A stretch of 64,000 nt of DNA from Burkholderiales bacterium (lineage in GTDB: Bacteria; Pseudomonadota; Gammaproteobacteria; Burkholderiales; JBEEJL01): NCBI GenBank assembly GCA_049695115.1, contig JBAVRP010000040.1, forward strand, positions 10,040 to 74,039, given 5' to 3'. How positions within the stretch are numbered: the stretch's first letter is position 1; each line of letters begins with the position of its first letter. The notes under the pieces are model-generated. The model searched no databases. It saw only the letters and a list, made by a program, of their open reading frames with translations, and was not told the origin of the DNA. Shown here piece by piece: positions 19,671-30,100 of the stretch. A program made the position numbers and the translations under genes.

Positions 19671-21100
19671 CAGTCTGCTGCGCGCTCGCCGCGTCGTTCG
19701 GCATTGCGGCGTTCGCCTTCACGCCGTTCGCGTTCCGATATTCCTTCGCGCATCCAGATGGTTTTTGCATTCACGAATTCACGGATGCCGTGATAGGACA
19801 ATTCGCGCCCAAAGCCTGAGGCCTTGATGCCGCCGAAAGGCAAACGTGAATCGGATTTGACCATGCCGTTGATGAAAGTCGCACCCGCCTGAATATGCCG
19901 CGCGAATTCTTCTGCGTGGTCGAAATCGCGGCTCCAGATACTACTGGCAAGACCGAAGCGCGTGTCATTGGCAATGCGCGCGGCGTCAGCCTCATCCCGC
20001 GCACGAATCACAATGGCGACCGGGCCGAACAATTCTTCGTGATACGCGCGCGTCTTCGGCGTGACATGATCGAGTATCGACGGCGCGTAAAAGGCGCCTT
20101 GCCGATCAAGCGGTGCGCAGCCGGTTACGGCGACAGCGCCCTGCGCGATGGAGTCTTTGACCTGCTGATGCAATTCGTCGCGTAAATCTTCCCGCGCCAT
20201 GGGGCCAAGTTGCGTGGTTCCATCCGCGGGGTCGCCAATTTTCAGCGCGCTGATTTTTTGTGCCAAGCGCCGCACAAATTCATCGGCGATTTCCGGCGCC
20301 AGTATAAATCGTTTCGCGGCGATGCAGGACTGGCCACAATTGCTGTAACGCGAGAGGACTGCTTGATCAATCGCTAGATCGAGATCCGCATCAGCCAGCA
20401 CAATAAACGGATCCGAGCCGCCAAGTTCGAGCACGCATTTTTTCAAATTCATTCCGGCTGCCGCAGCCACAGCCTTGCCTGCTGGCTCTGATCCTGTAAG
20501 CGTTACCGCATGCACATGCGGGCTGGCAATGGCGTCGGCAACCTGGCCGGCACTGATAGGAAGATGGGTGAATAAATTTTCGGGGAAACCTGCGTCACGA
20601 AAAACAGATTCGATGGCTTTGGCGCAACGCTGCACGTTGGAGGCATGTTTGAGCGCGACGCCGTTGCCCGCCATCAGCGCGGGCGCGGCGAAACGGAACA
20701 CCTGCCAAAAAGGAAAATTCCATGGCATGACACCGAGAATAGTTCCAAGCGGTAGATACGATACATAGCTTTTACCGGCATCGGAGCGCATCGGTTCGTC
20801 GGCCAGAAATGGCCCGGCGTGAACGGCGTAGTAGTCGCAATTAAGCGCGCATTTTTCCACTTCACCGAGGGCTTCTTTGCTGAGTTTGCCCATTTCGGCA
20901 GTAATAATCGCGGCGAATTCATCGCGCCGCTCGCGCAGTAACTCCGCTACGCGCGTCATGCGCAGGGCGCGGTGTTCAAACATGGTTGTGGCCCATACTG
21001 CCTGGGCACTATGAGTCGCCGCCAGAGCCTGTTCTAGTTGCTGCGGACTCCATGTTCCCAAAGGGAGATTTGCGGCAGAATGTGCAGTTGCTATCAACAT
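19670..21100 (-). CDS. NAD(P)-dependent aldehyde dehydrogenase (succinate-semialdehyde dehydrogenase-like)
   Basis: 476 aa with the LELGGSDP catalytic Glu block and the GQSCIAAKR catalytic Cys block. It has an Arg/Glu-rich C-terminal extension. Confidence 0.9.
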   Translation of the reverse strand: MLIATAHSAANLPLGTWSPQQLEQALAATHSAQAVWATTMFEHRALRMTRVAELLRERRDEFAAIITAEMGKLSKEALGEVEKCALNCDYYAVHAGPFLADEPMRSDAGKSYVSYLPLGTILGVMPWNFPFWQVFRFAAPALMAGNGVALKHASNVQRCAKAIESVFRDAGFPENLFTHLPISAGQVADAIASPHVHAVTLTGSEPAGKAVAAAAGMNLKKCVLELGGSDPFIVLADADLDLAIDQAVLSRYSNCGQSCIAAKRFILAPEIADEFVRRLAQKISALKIGDPADGTTQLGPMAREDLRDELHQQVKDSIAQGAVAVTGCAPLDRQGAFYAPSILDHVTPKTRAYHEELFGPVAIVIRARDEADAARIANDTRFGLASSIWSRDFDHAEEFARHIQAGATFINGMVKSDSRLPFGGIKASGFGRELSYHGIREFVNAKTIWMREGISERERREGERRNAERRGERAAD

Positions 21101-21313
21101 AATGGCACTCGCTTAAATAGATGTTATATAGTTTCAGTGTAGGTAATTTTTACCGAATTACCAATTTTTTACCGCGCGTTCAACAGAAGTTTACGTAATC
21201 ATGCATGCGCAAATTCCGTCATGCAGCATTTTGCGTGGCGGTTAAAACAATTTAGATTAAGTACAGCGAAAATCTGAATTCAGGCGAAGCTGTCGCCTTT
21301 GACCCTGCCGCCT

Positions 21314-21756
21314 TTATTGGGCTGCGGGCCAGTTTTTTATGTATTTCTTTAGTAAAGTATTTTCGAAGCTGGCGTCTTTTAGCGCTTTTTTTGCCACGTC
21401 GTGGAATGACAGTATTCCGACCAGCTTGCCTTTCTCCACCACGGGTGTGTGACTGATATGGTTTTCCGTCTTAAGCTGCGCAGATCATCGACAGAATCTT
21501 CCGGCGATACGCTGAGCGGTTTCGCATTCATGACCTCGGCCACGCTTGCAGATAAAAAACGGTTTCCCAATTTATTAATGCCGCGCAGCACTTCGCGTAG
21601 CGTTATCAGGCCGGATAATTTTTCGCCATCGAGAACCAACACAGAGCCGATTTTATGCTCGACAATCAGCGCGACGGCTTAGGCCATGGTTTTTTGCGAA
21701 CTGATATGGAACAGGCTGCCGCCCTTGTTGGCGAGAATGTCGCGGACGATGATCAT
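21314..21756 (-). pseudogene. CBS-pair domain protein, disrupted (in-frame TAA plus 1-nt frameshift)
   Basis: From ATG 21756 the frame reads MIIVRDILANKGGSLFHISSQKTMA*AVALIVEHKIGSVLVLDGEKLSGLITLREVL...DDLRSL. After that, the CBS-like continuation TENHISHTPVVEKGKLVGILSFHDVAKKAL appears only in another frame. Confidence 0.75.
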
Positions 21757-21779
21757 TTTTTCTAAGTATAAAAACTAGC

Positions 21780-21855
<76 letters not shown>

Positions 21856-21899
21856 CTGGCCGGAATTATAATCGCCGGGGTGCGTGGCGGGCAAACAAC

Positions 21900-22334
21900 T
21901 TACGCGACAGGTCGCACCCGGACGATGATGTCCACACCATCCTGACGCAAACCATCGGGCAGCGGCGGCAGGCCGTATACTTGCACGCTGGTGGCGTCGA
22001 TATCCGTCAGCTCGCCGGTTTCAATATTGTAGAGATGATGATGGGGCGCCATATTGGGGTCGTAAAACACCCGCGTCGGATCGACTATGACTTCGCGCAC
22101 CAAACCTTTTTCCAGAAAAAGTTTCAATGTGTTGTAAACCGTGGCTTTGGAAGTTTCCGGATGCTCGTTGTTTACCCGCGAGAGTATTTGGTCTGCCGAC
22201 AAATGCTGGCAGCAGGCAAACAACACTTGGCCGATTTGCAGGCGTTGGTGCGTCAACGCAATATCGTGCTCGCGCAGCAGCGTGGGAATGGCGTCTGCGG
22301 GGTACAGATTTGCGACCGTAGATTGATGCTCCAT
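21900..22334 (-). CDS. Fur-family transcriptional regulator, Irr-like (no CxxC zinc motifs, HHH motif present)
   Basis: 144 aa with a winged-helix block (THQRLQIGQVLF...ATVYNTLKLFLEKGLV), then FYDPNMAPHHHLYNIETGELTDID. It lacks the paired CxxC motifs of classical Fur/Zur/PerR. Confidence 0.8.
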   Translation of the reverse strand: MEHQSTVANLYPADAIPTLLREHDIALTHQRLQIGQVLFACCQHLSADQILSRVNNEHPETSKATVYNTLKLFLEKGLVREVIVDPTRVFYDPNMAPHHHLYNIETGELTDIDATSVQVYGLPPLPDGLRQDGVDIIVRVRPVA

Positions 22335-22375
22335 GGATTCATTCTAGGAGAGGAAACAGAGTTTGTCTAATATAA

Positions 22376-23458
22376 TTATTTAAATATAATCAAAGAGTTA
22401 TAATTTTTCTGTTTTATATGCCCCATAAATGAATAGGGGGCGAGAGAAATAGGCGGCGTCACCCCCGAGATGCAGCAGCCAAGCAGCTTCGCCGCCGCTG
22501 GCGCCATGGTCAGCCCATAGCGGAAATGGCCAGTGTTGATATAACAATTTTCCCATACAGGGTGACGGTCGATAAGGGGAATATTGTCCTTCGAACCGGG
22601 GCGCAGTCCCGCCCATTGTGCGATAGGTTTCAAATCCGCCAATGGGGGAAACATCGCCATGCCTGCGGCGCGCAGTTCCTGCCTTGCTGCATCAGTAGTG
22701 GAGTTATCAAAACCGGTTTCTTCCACTGTGCTGCCCACTAATATATGTCCGTCGCGGCGCGGGACGACATATTTTCCTTCGCGATATAGGATGTTTTTCA
22801 GACCGCCAGCGTCGCGCTTGAACAGCAGCATTTGTCCGCGCACCGGGCGCAAGTTAGAAATAATATTATTTATATTCAATAGGTTATTAATCCATGCGCC
22901 GCATGTAAGCACATACTGACTTGCGTATAATTGACCCGTTCGCGTGACTAACCCTGTCACGCGGCCATGCTGATTCTCCAAGCCCAAAGCCTCCACCCCT
23001 TCGCGGATTTCCACACCGCGATTGAGCAGGGTTTGTTTCAGCGCAAGGATCAAACGTGGTGGGCGCACCTGTGCTAAATCGGGCATATAGAGGTTTTTAT
23101 CTGGCGTGATTTCGGCTCGTATTTCGTTTTTCGCGCACCATTTCATTGCCAGGTAGGGGTCAAAAGGCGGCAGGATCTGCATGCCGCTCAGTTCAAATTC
23201 CACTGCAACGGCCGATGCTTTTTCCAGCGCGGCTATCCAGGTCGGATACATATCCGCGCCCAGAGAAGTGAGCCGGTTAACTGACACCGAGTATTCCCAC
23301 GGTAACAATGCCGACAGTATCCCCGCCCCCGCCCACGATGCCTCACGTCCAGCTTGGCCCTTGTCAATCACAACAACCGACGCGCCAGACAAAGACAGCT
23401 CGTAAGCAGTGGAAAGGCCAATGACGCCGGCGCCGATGATCAGGAAATCAGAAGCCAA
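22376..23458 (-). CDS. FAD-dependent oxidoreductase (glycine oxidase ThiO / D-amino-acid oxidase family)
   Basis: 360 aa with the N-terminal dinucleotide fold DFLIIGAGVIGLSTAYEL. It starts at TTG 23458; no in-frame ATG is available upstream of the GxGxxG. Confidence 0.8.
   Translation of the reverse strand: MASDFLIIGAGVIGLSTAYELSLSGASVVVIDKGQAGREASWAGAGILSALLPWEYSVSVNRLTSLGADMYPTWIAALEKASAVAVEFELSGMQILPPFDPYLAMKWCAKNEIRAEITPDKNLYMPDLAQVRPPRLILALKQTLLNRGVEIREGVEALGLENQHGRVTGLVTRTGQLYASQYVLTCGAWINNLLNINNIISNLRPVRGQMLLFKRDAGGLKNILYREGKYVVPRRDGHILVGSTVEETGFDNSTTDAARQELRAAGMAMFPPLADLKPIAQWAGLRPGSKDNIPLIDRHPVWENCYINTGHFRYGLTMAPAAAKLLGCCISGVTPPISLAPYSFMGHIKQKNYNSLIIFK
22383..22400 (-). promoter_or_regulatory. 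AT-rich box copy (TAACTCTTTGATTATATT) before the Irr-like gene
   Basis: It lies inside the last codons of the ThiO-like gene (…NSLIIFK*), 48 nt upstream of the Irr-like ATG. Confidence 0.45.
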
Positions 23459-23581
23459 AGTGTGATGCAGCTCACAGTAAGATGCCGCTCATTCTAGCAA
23501 ACCGGCCGGTCGTCGGAATTTGATTGAGACACTTTATATCCCCGAATACCATTCAAGCTAATTTCAACAGGAGAAAATAGT

Positions 23582-24091
23582 ATGTCCACCAAAAAGGCAC
23601 AAACTATGCAACGCAAAAACAAAACCTCGGGCTTTACGCTGATCGAATTAATGGTGGTGATAGCCATCATTGGCGTTCTCGCCGCTATCGCCATTCCTGC
23701 ATATTCCGATTATGTAATGCGTTCGCGTACAACTGAAGCCACCAGCACGCTTTCCGATTTAAGAGTGCGCATGGAACAGTATTTTCAGGATTACCGCGAC
23801 TTTGGCACTGGCGCCTGTGGGAAAAATGGAGTGCCCACTCAGGTTGTGGTTTTCCCGACAACTGCAGTCACTTCAGTTCCTAGAACTAACGACTTTAATT
23901 TTTCATGCACTATTCAAGCCGCTCCTGTGGGCTACAGAATTGTCGCAACCGGTGTAAACCGTATGAATGGTTTTGTTTATGACATAGATGGACAAAATCT
24001 GCGTAGAACTGTAATCGCAGGCCCCGCACCAACCAAATGGCAAACCGCGCTCCAGAATTGCTGGATCACTGGACCAGGCTCCACCTGCTAA
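23582..24091 (+). CDS. pilE: type IV pilin, PilE-like
   Basis: Prepilin leader ending in G, followed by FTLIELMVVIAIIGVLAAIAIPAYSDYVMRSRTTEA. There are C-terminal Cys residues. A strong RBS (CAGGAGA) precedes it. Confidence 0.8.
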   Translation: MSTKKAQTMQRKNKTSGFTLIELMVVIAIIGVLAAIAIPAYSDYVMRSRTTEATSTLSDLRVRMEQYFQDYRDFGTGACGKNGVPTQVVVFPTTAVTSVPRTNDFNFSCTIQAAPVGYRIVATGVNRMNGFVYDIDGQNLRRTVIAGPAPTKWQTALQNCWITGPGSTC

Positions 24092-24750
24092 TGAAATCAC
24101 TAGCCATGTTCGAGCCTAAAAAACAAATAGGTTTTACGCTTATCGAGCTGATGATTGTGGTTGTGATCATGGGCATCGTGCTCGCAATGGGCATACCGAA
24201 CTTCAGAACTTGGATTGAAAATGGACGGATACGCACCGGGGCTGAATCAGTATTTAATGGATTAAACCTGGCGCGCTCCGAAGCCATACGCCGCAATGAA
24301 TCAGTACAGTTCCGTTTTGACCCGGCGTTTAAATCCACTTGGGCTATTTGCCAGCAGGACACTCCAACCACGTCTACTTTTACTCTCTGTACTCCACTTG
24401 GAGCGGCTGCCACGTCTGGCAATCTTGGAAATCGTGTAATTCAGGCGCGTTATGACGACAAAGGTTCCACCAACGTGCAAGTTGGTACAGATACAGCAAT
24501 GGGAACGTTAACTACCGCTCTGCCAGTTGCTTTGGGCGGCGATCGAGTGACCTTCGATGGCATGGGACGGCTGGTACAAACTATAGGCGGTGCAGCAGCA
24601 AACAACGCAGTCCGTGTTGATGTGGTGAATCCAAAATTGCCGGCTGCACAAATGCGCCGCCTGGTGATACAAATTTCCTTCGGTGGCCAAGTCCGCTTAT
24701 GTGATCCGGATCCAGGCCTATCCGCTACCGACCCAAGACGTTGCACATAA
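24091..24750 (+). CDS. type IV minor pilin, FimT/FimU (GspH-domain) type
   Basis: ...KKQIGFTLIELMIVVVIMGIVLAMGIPNFRTWIENGRIRTGAESVFNGLNLARSEAIRR. The start is uncertain: ATG 24091 overlaps the pilE stop (TAATG), and ATG 24106 is an alternative. The track start at 24037 would overlap pilE by 55 nt. Confidence 0.75.
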   Translation: MKSLAMFEPKKQIGFTLIELMIVVVIMGIVLAMGIPNFRTWIENGRIRTGAESVFNGLNLARSEAIRRNESVQFRFDPAFKSTWAICQQDTPTTSTFTLCTPLGAAATSGNLGNRVIQARYDDKGSTNVQVGTDTAMGTLTTALPVALGGDRVTFDGMGRLVQTIGGAAANNAVRVDVVNPKLPAAQMRRLVIQISFGGQVRLCDPDPGLSATDPRRCT

Positions 24751-24756
24751 ACTATT

Positions 24757-25263
24757 ATGAAAAAATTTAAGCTTAATCATTCAGGCAGTTTCGCGCGCGA
24801 TCGTTCCGGTCAGCGTGGAGTCATGATCCTTGAAGCGATGATTGCGATACTGATATTTTCCCTTGGTATTCTCGCGCTCATGGCATTGCAGGCCGCAGCT
24901 ATTCGGCTTTCCGGTGATGCCAAAGGCCGAATCGACGCGGCATTTTTAGCCGATAAGCTTATCGCACAAATGTGGCTGTCGGATCCGTTGACTTTAGCCA
25001 ATTTTGAACATAACCGAACGGCAGATGCCAACGACCCATGCATCCCGGGCGGTGGCGCTGCAAGCGCGATGATTACCACCTGGATGAATGAGAATGTGTT
25101 GCCGAGTTTGCCCCGCGCTACGGCCAGCAAGCAACGGGTGACTGTTCTGCCGGGCAACGTGGTGGAAGTAAGCTTGTGCTGGCAAATGCCAGGCGAGACG
25201 GTTAATTGGCACAACTACCTTGCCAGAAGCACGATAGTTAAGAATCCTCCCCCGACACCATGA
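24757..25263 (+). CDS. pilV: type IV minor pilin PilV
   Basis: 168 aa with the leader ...QRG/VMILEAMIAILIFSLGILAL (Glu at +5). It sits in the fimU-pilVWXY1 gene order. Confidence 0.8.
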   Translation: MKKFKLNHSGSFARDRSGQRGVMILEAMIAILIFSLGILALMALQAAAIRLSGDAKGRIDAAFLADKLIAQMWLSDPLTLANFEHNRTADANDPCIPGGGAASAMITTWMNENVLPSLPRATASKQRVTVLPGNVVEVSLCWQMPGETVNWHNYLARSTIVKNPPPTP

Positions 25264-26486
25264 AGATGACTAACAACATGACAAAACATTTCACCCAGAG
25301 TGCGGGCAAACAAACTGGCTTCAGTTTGGTTGAAGTCATGGTGGGGCTGGTTATTGGCCTCATCGGCACAATTGTGATCTTCCAGGTGTTTGCCATCAGC
25401 GAGGGGCAAAAGCGCACAACCACGGCCGGAAACGATGCCAATCAGAGCGGCATTCTTGCTCTCTATACGCTCGAGCGCCATTTGCGTATGGGCGGCGGCG
25501 GCATTGTGAATGCGCAAAATGCCTTGGGCTGCCTGATCAATGCCTCCTACGAAAATGCAGTCGTGTTGCCCACTGCCGGCCTGCCCGCACCGTTCAACAC
25601 ATTAGGCACAAACGTCCGCGCTGCGCCGCTGTTAATTCAGGACGGTGGCGGTGCAGCGCCCGACAACATTATTGTCATGTACAGCAACTCTTCAATTGCA
25701 GGCGTCCCAATTAATTTTACGGGCAACGGCGTTACGGCAAACGTATCCAACACCGTAGGATTTAAAAAAGGCGACATCATTCTTGCAGCCAGCCAGTTTC
25801 AAGTAGGCAAACCTGAGGTTCCCCGTCCATGCTTTATCGGCCAGATGACCAGCAATCCCGTTGCCGGGGACGATGTCATCGGTCTGGATTCCACCGGTAA
25901 ACACAACGCCGGTGGCGGAATCAATACCGGCGGACAAGCTTTTGACGGAATCAACCTGGGTCAAGCGGGCCTGCTGGGCTTTGGCGTAACCAGCTCTGCC
26001 ACAGGGCGTATAGAATTAGTTTCCTACAATTTTCTCACCGGTGGCGCTGTCCAGCCAATAGCAGACAACATCGTCAACCTGCAGGCGCTCTACGGTGTAG
26101 ACAATGGCGCCACGGGTGTCGCTGAAGACAGCATTATTGACGCATGGGTGCCGCCAACCGGTAACTGGTCCTACGCTTCGCTTACCAACGGCTCAATACT
26201 TGCCTCCGACAGACTAAGGAAAATTAAAGCCATACGTCTGGCCTTAGTGGCGCGTAGTGCCTTGCCTGAAAAACGCGAGGGCGGCAATCCGGTTTCGCCT
26301 GCGAACTGGACTTTGTTCGCCACTGGGCCTGGCGCAGGAACGGGCACAGTGTCAGGCACATTAACCGGCGATCAACTGGATTACCGTTACAAAATATTTG
26401 AGACTGTAATCCCATTGCGCAACACGCTGATTCAACAATGCACGATTGAAGATAGGTCAAGGGGTTTTTGCAATCCCACTCTATGA
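25260..26486 (+). CDS. pilW: type IV minor pilin PilW
   Basis: 408 aa with ...KQTG/FSLVEVMVGLVIGLIGTIV. ATGA overlap with pilV. Confidence 0.8.
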   Translation: MKMTNNMTKHFTQSAGKQTGFSLVEVMVGLVIGLIGTIVIFQVFAISEGQKRTTTAGNDANQSGILALYTLERHLRMGGGGIVNAQNALGCLINASYENAVVLPTAGLPAPFNTLGTNVRAAPLLIQDGGGAAPDNIIVMYSNSSIAGVPINFTGNGVTANVSNTVGFKKGDIILAASQFQVGKPEVPRPCFIGQMTSNPVAGDDVIGLDSTGKHNAGGGINTGGQAFDGINLGQAGLLGFGVTSSATGRIELVSYNFLTGGAVQPIADNIVNLQALYGVDNGATGVAEDSIIDAWVPPTGNWSYASLTNGSILASDRLRKIKAIRLALVARSALPEKREGGNPVSPANWTLFATGPGAGTGTVSGTLTGDQLDYRYKIFETVIPLRNTLIQQCTIEDRSRGFCNPTL

Positions 26487-26509
26487 TTAAGGAATGACTA
26501 AGGACCGCC

Positions 26510-27166
26510 ATGTTTAATTTTAAAAATCGACCAGCAATTTCAAACAGCCCACAGTGGAAATTGACCTTCAAAAATCAACGCGGCGTCGTGATGATCATCG
26601 CCCTCATCGTGCTGATAGCCATGAGCCTGGCCGGCGTGGCATTGGTGCGTTCTGTTGATACGGCGAACTTGGTTGCGGGAAATATTGCATTCAAGCAAGG
26701 GGCGCTGCAGGAAGGTAATGCCGGCATGGAAGCGGCCATCCAGAAATTCGCCACCGGCGGGAATTTGGTTCCGCCCCCTGCAAATACGGAATTATTGTGG
26801 ACGGATATACCCAATGAAAATTATCGCGCCACCGTCCTTCCTTCAAACGAACAGGGAATTCCTTTGGTGTTGGTCAATAAAGCCGATTTTGATGCCAGCG
26901 CTGATTTTTCGATTAAGAAAGCCACAAATCCCCTGACCAAAAATGAAGTGCGTTACGTCATCGAGAGACTCTGCCTCAATACCGGAGATGTTGATACCGA
27001 CAGCTGCAGGTTTGATGAAAGCGGTGGATCGGCCATCGATCAGCGCCAGGCCGGCCTCAAAAATTATACGCCGCTTTACCGTATCACCAATCGGGTGGAT
27101 GGACCCAGCAATACCGTGAGCTATACCCAGGCAGTGGTCGCGTCATCCACCACTCCAGGGACTTAA
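26510..27166 (+). CDS. pilX: type IV minor pilin PilX
   Basis: 218 aa with the PilX_N-like segment QRGVVMIIALIVLIAMSLAGVALVRS. It lies between pilW and pilY1. Confidence 0.75.
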   Translation: MFNFKNRPAISNSPQWKLTFKNQRGVVMIIALIVLIAMSLAGVALVRSVDTANLVAGNIAFKQGALQEGNAGMEAAIQKFATGGNLVPPPANTELLWTDIPNENYRATVLPSNEQGIPLVLVNKADFDASADFSIKKATNPLTKNEVRYVIERLCLNTGDVDTDSCRFDESGGSAIDQRQAGLKNYTPLYRITNRVDGPSNTVSYTQAVVASSTTPGT

Positions 27167-27175
27167 GGAATATTT

Positions 27176-30100
27176 ATGAACGCCGTTGTTACTAACAGGG
27201 AAACTGCCATGAAACTGAACCAGCCGAATAAGCGCCTGAAAACGATTACTGCAATTTTGATATTGCAATTTGCCATATTGCCTGTCGGGACGTCGGCCTA
27301 TGCCGCCGTTACCGACATCAGCGACATCCCACTCGCTGCGTTCAGCAGCGTGAAGCCCAATCTCATGTATACCCTGGATAATTCGGGGAGTATGACATGG
27401 AATTCGGTGACAGGATTTGATGGCTTGGCGGAATATAGTAATGCCAATCGCGCTTTTTATTCCAGCAGTTATAACAAGATATATTACAACCCGACCATAA
27501 CCTATACTCCGCCGGTAAATTACCTGGGGGTAAGCATGGGCAACGCCCCCCCGGGTGCGGCAAGAGTTGATCCGTTCCCCACAGCCGGGGGCAGTCTCGC
27601 GACTACCAGATTAACCGACACTTGTAACGGTACGAAGGATAGTGTGGCAACAGCCATACCCACCCCAGGCACCTGCGCCAATGACCTTACCAGGCCGGTA
27701 GCCATGTATGCTTTTTATTATGTTTGGGATGGCGTAACGAATATAGCCGTCGCGAACCCCGGCAACGCTGCCTTCCCACAGCGGGTAGATATTACCCAAG
27801 GCAGAACTTATCCCCGGCCAACTGCGGCCAATCCGGCAGGCCTTAAAGCGGCAACTCGCACAGACTGTATTACGCCGACTGCTGCCACCGCTACTACTTG
27901 CACCTATAACGAAGAAATCCAGAACTTCGCCAATTGGTTTAGCTATTACAGCAGCCGGATTTTGATGACCAAAACTTCTCTGGGTCGTGTATTCGCAAAA
28001 CTGAATGACAAATTCCGCGTCGGTTTTAACGCCATTAATACTACTTCAACAGACAACCAGACAGCGCCTCCAGCGGGCAGCGCGTTTTGGCAGAATGTCG
28101 ATGACTTCAATGCGACCAATAAACAGGCCTGGTTTAACAGGGTTTATGCGATTGATCCGCAAAACTCCACGCCGCTGCGCAACCAGATGCAGAAAATCGG
28201 CCGTTATTTCGAGGGTAAGTTCCCGGGCGCAACTGATCCAATGCAGTACAGTTGCCAGTCAAATTACCACATCATGTCAACCGACGGTTTCTGGAATGAT
28301 GGCGTTCCAGGTAGCCCGACAGTCAGTAATGTCGATAGTGATCCGGATCCCGCTGGTTATTCTTCTGTGGCATCAGGTGCATTTGATCGGCAAAACCAGA
28401 GCAATACGCTGTCCGATGTTGCCTTGTATTATTACAAAAATGACTTGCGCGATTCCTCGAAAGCAAATTGCACCGGCGCGCTGGGTTTTGATGTGTGCGC
28501 GAACAACGTAAAAACCAACAGTAAGGACGGCGCAAAGCACCAGCACATGGTGGTGTATACCGTTGGTCTGGGGGCCGGCGGCCAGAATGCCTATTTCGAA
28601 GACTATGAAATCCGCTCCGAGTCAAAATACCTCGGCAAGGGCTATGACCCGACTTTCTGGTTATCCAGGATGAAAGCGGGTGATACTTCCCCTGCGAACA
28701 ACTGGCCAGCGGTTCCAGGCAATACGCAAACGACCATTGACGACTTGTGGCACGCAGCCATCAATGCCCGTGGTACTTATCTCAATGCCGGATCGCCAGA
28801 TCGCCTGATAGCTGGCTTGGGCGGGATTCTCAACGATATCGCCGCTAAAGAAGGTGCCGGCGCAGGCGCTGCATTGAGCAGCAATGATTTGAAAAAGAAT
28901 GTCCCGGCGGGAGCATTTCCTGTTAGGTATGACTCGAGCGACTGGTCAGGTGAAGTGATTGCCAATACTGTAACCATCGATTCTGCTACGGGTCTAACGG
29001 TTACAGTGCCTGCATGGAATGCACGCGAACTGCTTGATGCCCAGGTCGCTGGCACTGGTTGGAAAAACAACCGAAAAATTTTTACAATTGGTAATGGTAC
29101 GACGCCAAAACCTTTTGAATGGGACAAGCTGTCGACCAGCCAGCAAACTGCATTGGGCACCAAGGATGTACTGGAATACCTGCGCGGCGACACTTCAAAC
29201 CCATTATTCCGTCCGCGCAAGCATGTACTTGGCGACATCGTTGGCTCTGAACCGGTATTCGTGACTGCGCCAAATGAAAATTACAAGGAAGCCGACAACC
29301 CCGGCTACGAAACCGTATTCAAGCAAGCTTACGAAAACCGTAAACCCATGCTTTACGTCGGCGCCAACGACGGTATGCTGCATGCCTTCGACCCTAACCT
29401 GGATACCACACTAGGCGGAGGACAGGAACTTTGGGCCTATATACCGACGTTCGTTTACAACGGGCCTAATGGTACTCCCACAGTCGATGGCCTTGCCGCA
29501 CTTGCTAACCCAACTTATACCCATCATTTCTACGTCGACGCCAAGGCCCATGTCAAAGATGTGGATTTTTCTCGGACGGGTGGCGATCCTAAATTGGTTC
29601 CGCTTACTACCCACGATTGGCACACCATGCTGGTGGGCGGTCTCGGCAAAGGCGGTCGAGGATACTACGCACTGGATATTACTAACCCGACTAGCGATGC
29701 CACGGACGGCCAGCAGACCCTTGCTGATAGCAAAATATTGTGGGAGTTTACCGATCCCGATATGGGATTCACCTATGGTGAACCGCTGGTCACCAAAACG
29801 CGTAAGTGGGGTTGGGTAGTCGTAGTCAGTTCTGGCTACAACAATATTTCCGGCCCCAATCCGGGCCAAGGCTTTCTTTACATTCTGAATGCAAAGACGG
29901 GCGCATTGCTGCAGAAAATCGGTACTGGTGTAGGCACAGCCACAAATCCCAGCGGTCTCACTCATTTCACCAGCTGGACCGCGGACGAAGGAACCTGGCT
30001 AGCGGAACAGATGTATGCCGGCGACCTGCTCGGCAACCTGTGGCGCTTTGATGTGTCTCAACTGGCGAGCGTGTCTACACCATTTTCCGCACCGCTGAAA

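Noticed and set aside
23459-23581. A TPP riboswitch upstream of the ThiO-like gene, or a sigma54 (TGGCAC-N5-TTGC) promoter upstream of the pilin gene.
   Set aside because: Neither the THI-box core (CTGAGA…ACCTGA) nor a GG-N10-GC element is present in the 123-nt spacer on either strand. For this reason the oxidase is not given the symbol thiO.
24037-24090. The track's 5' extension of the FimT/U-like ORF (MANRAPELLDHWTRLHLL…).
   Set aside because: It would overlap pilE by 55 nt and produce an implausibly long prepilin leader. ATG 24091 or 24106 gives a normal short leader before G/FTLIEL.
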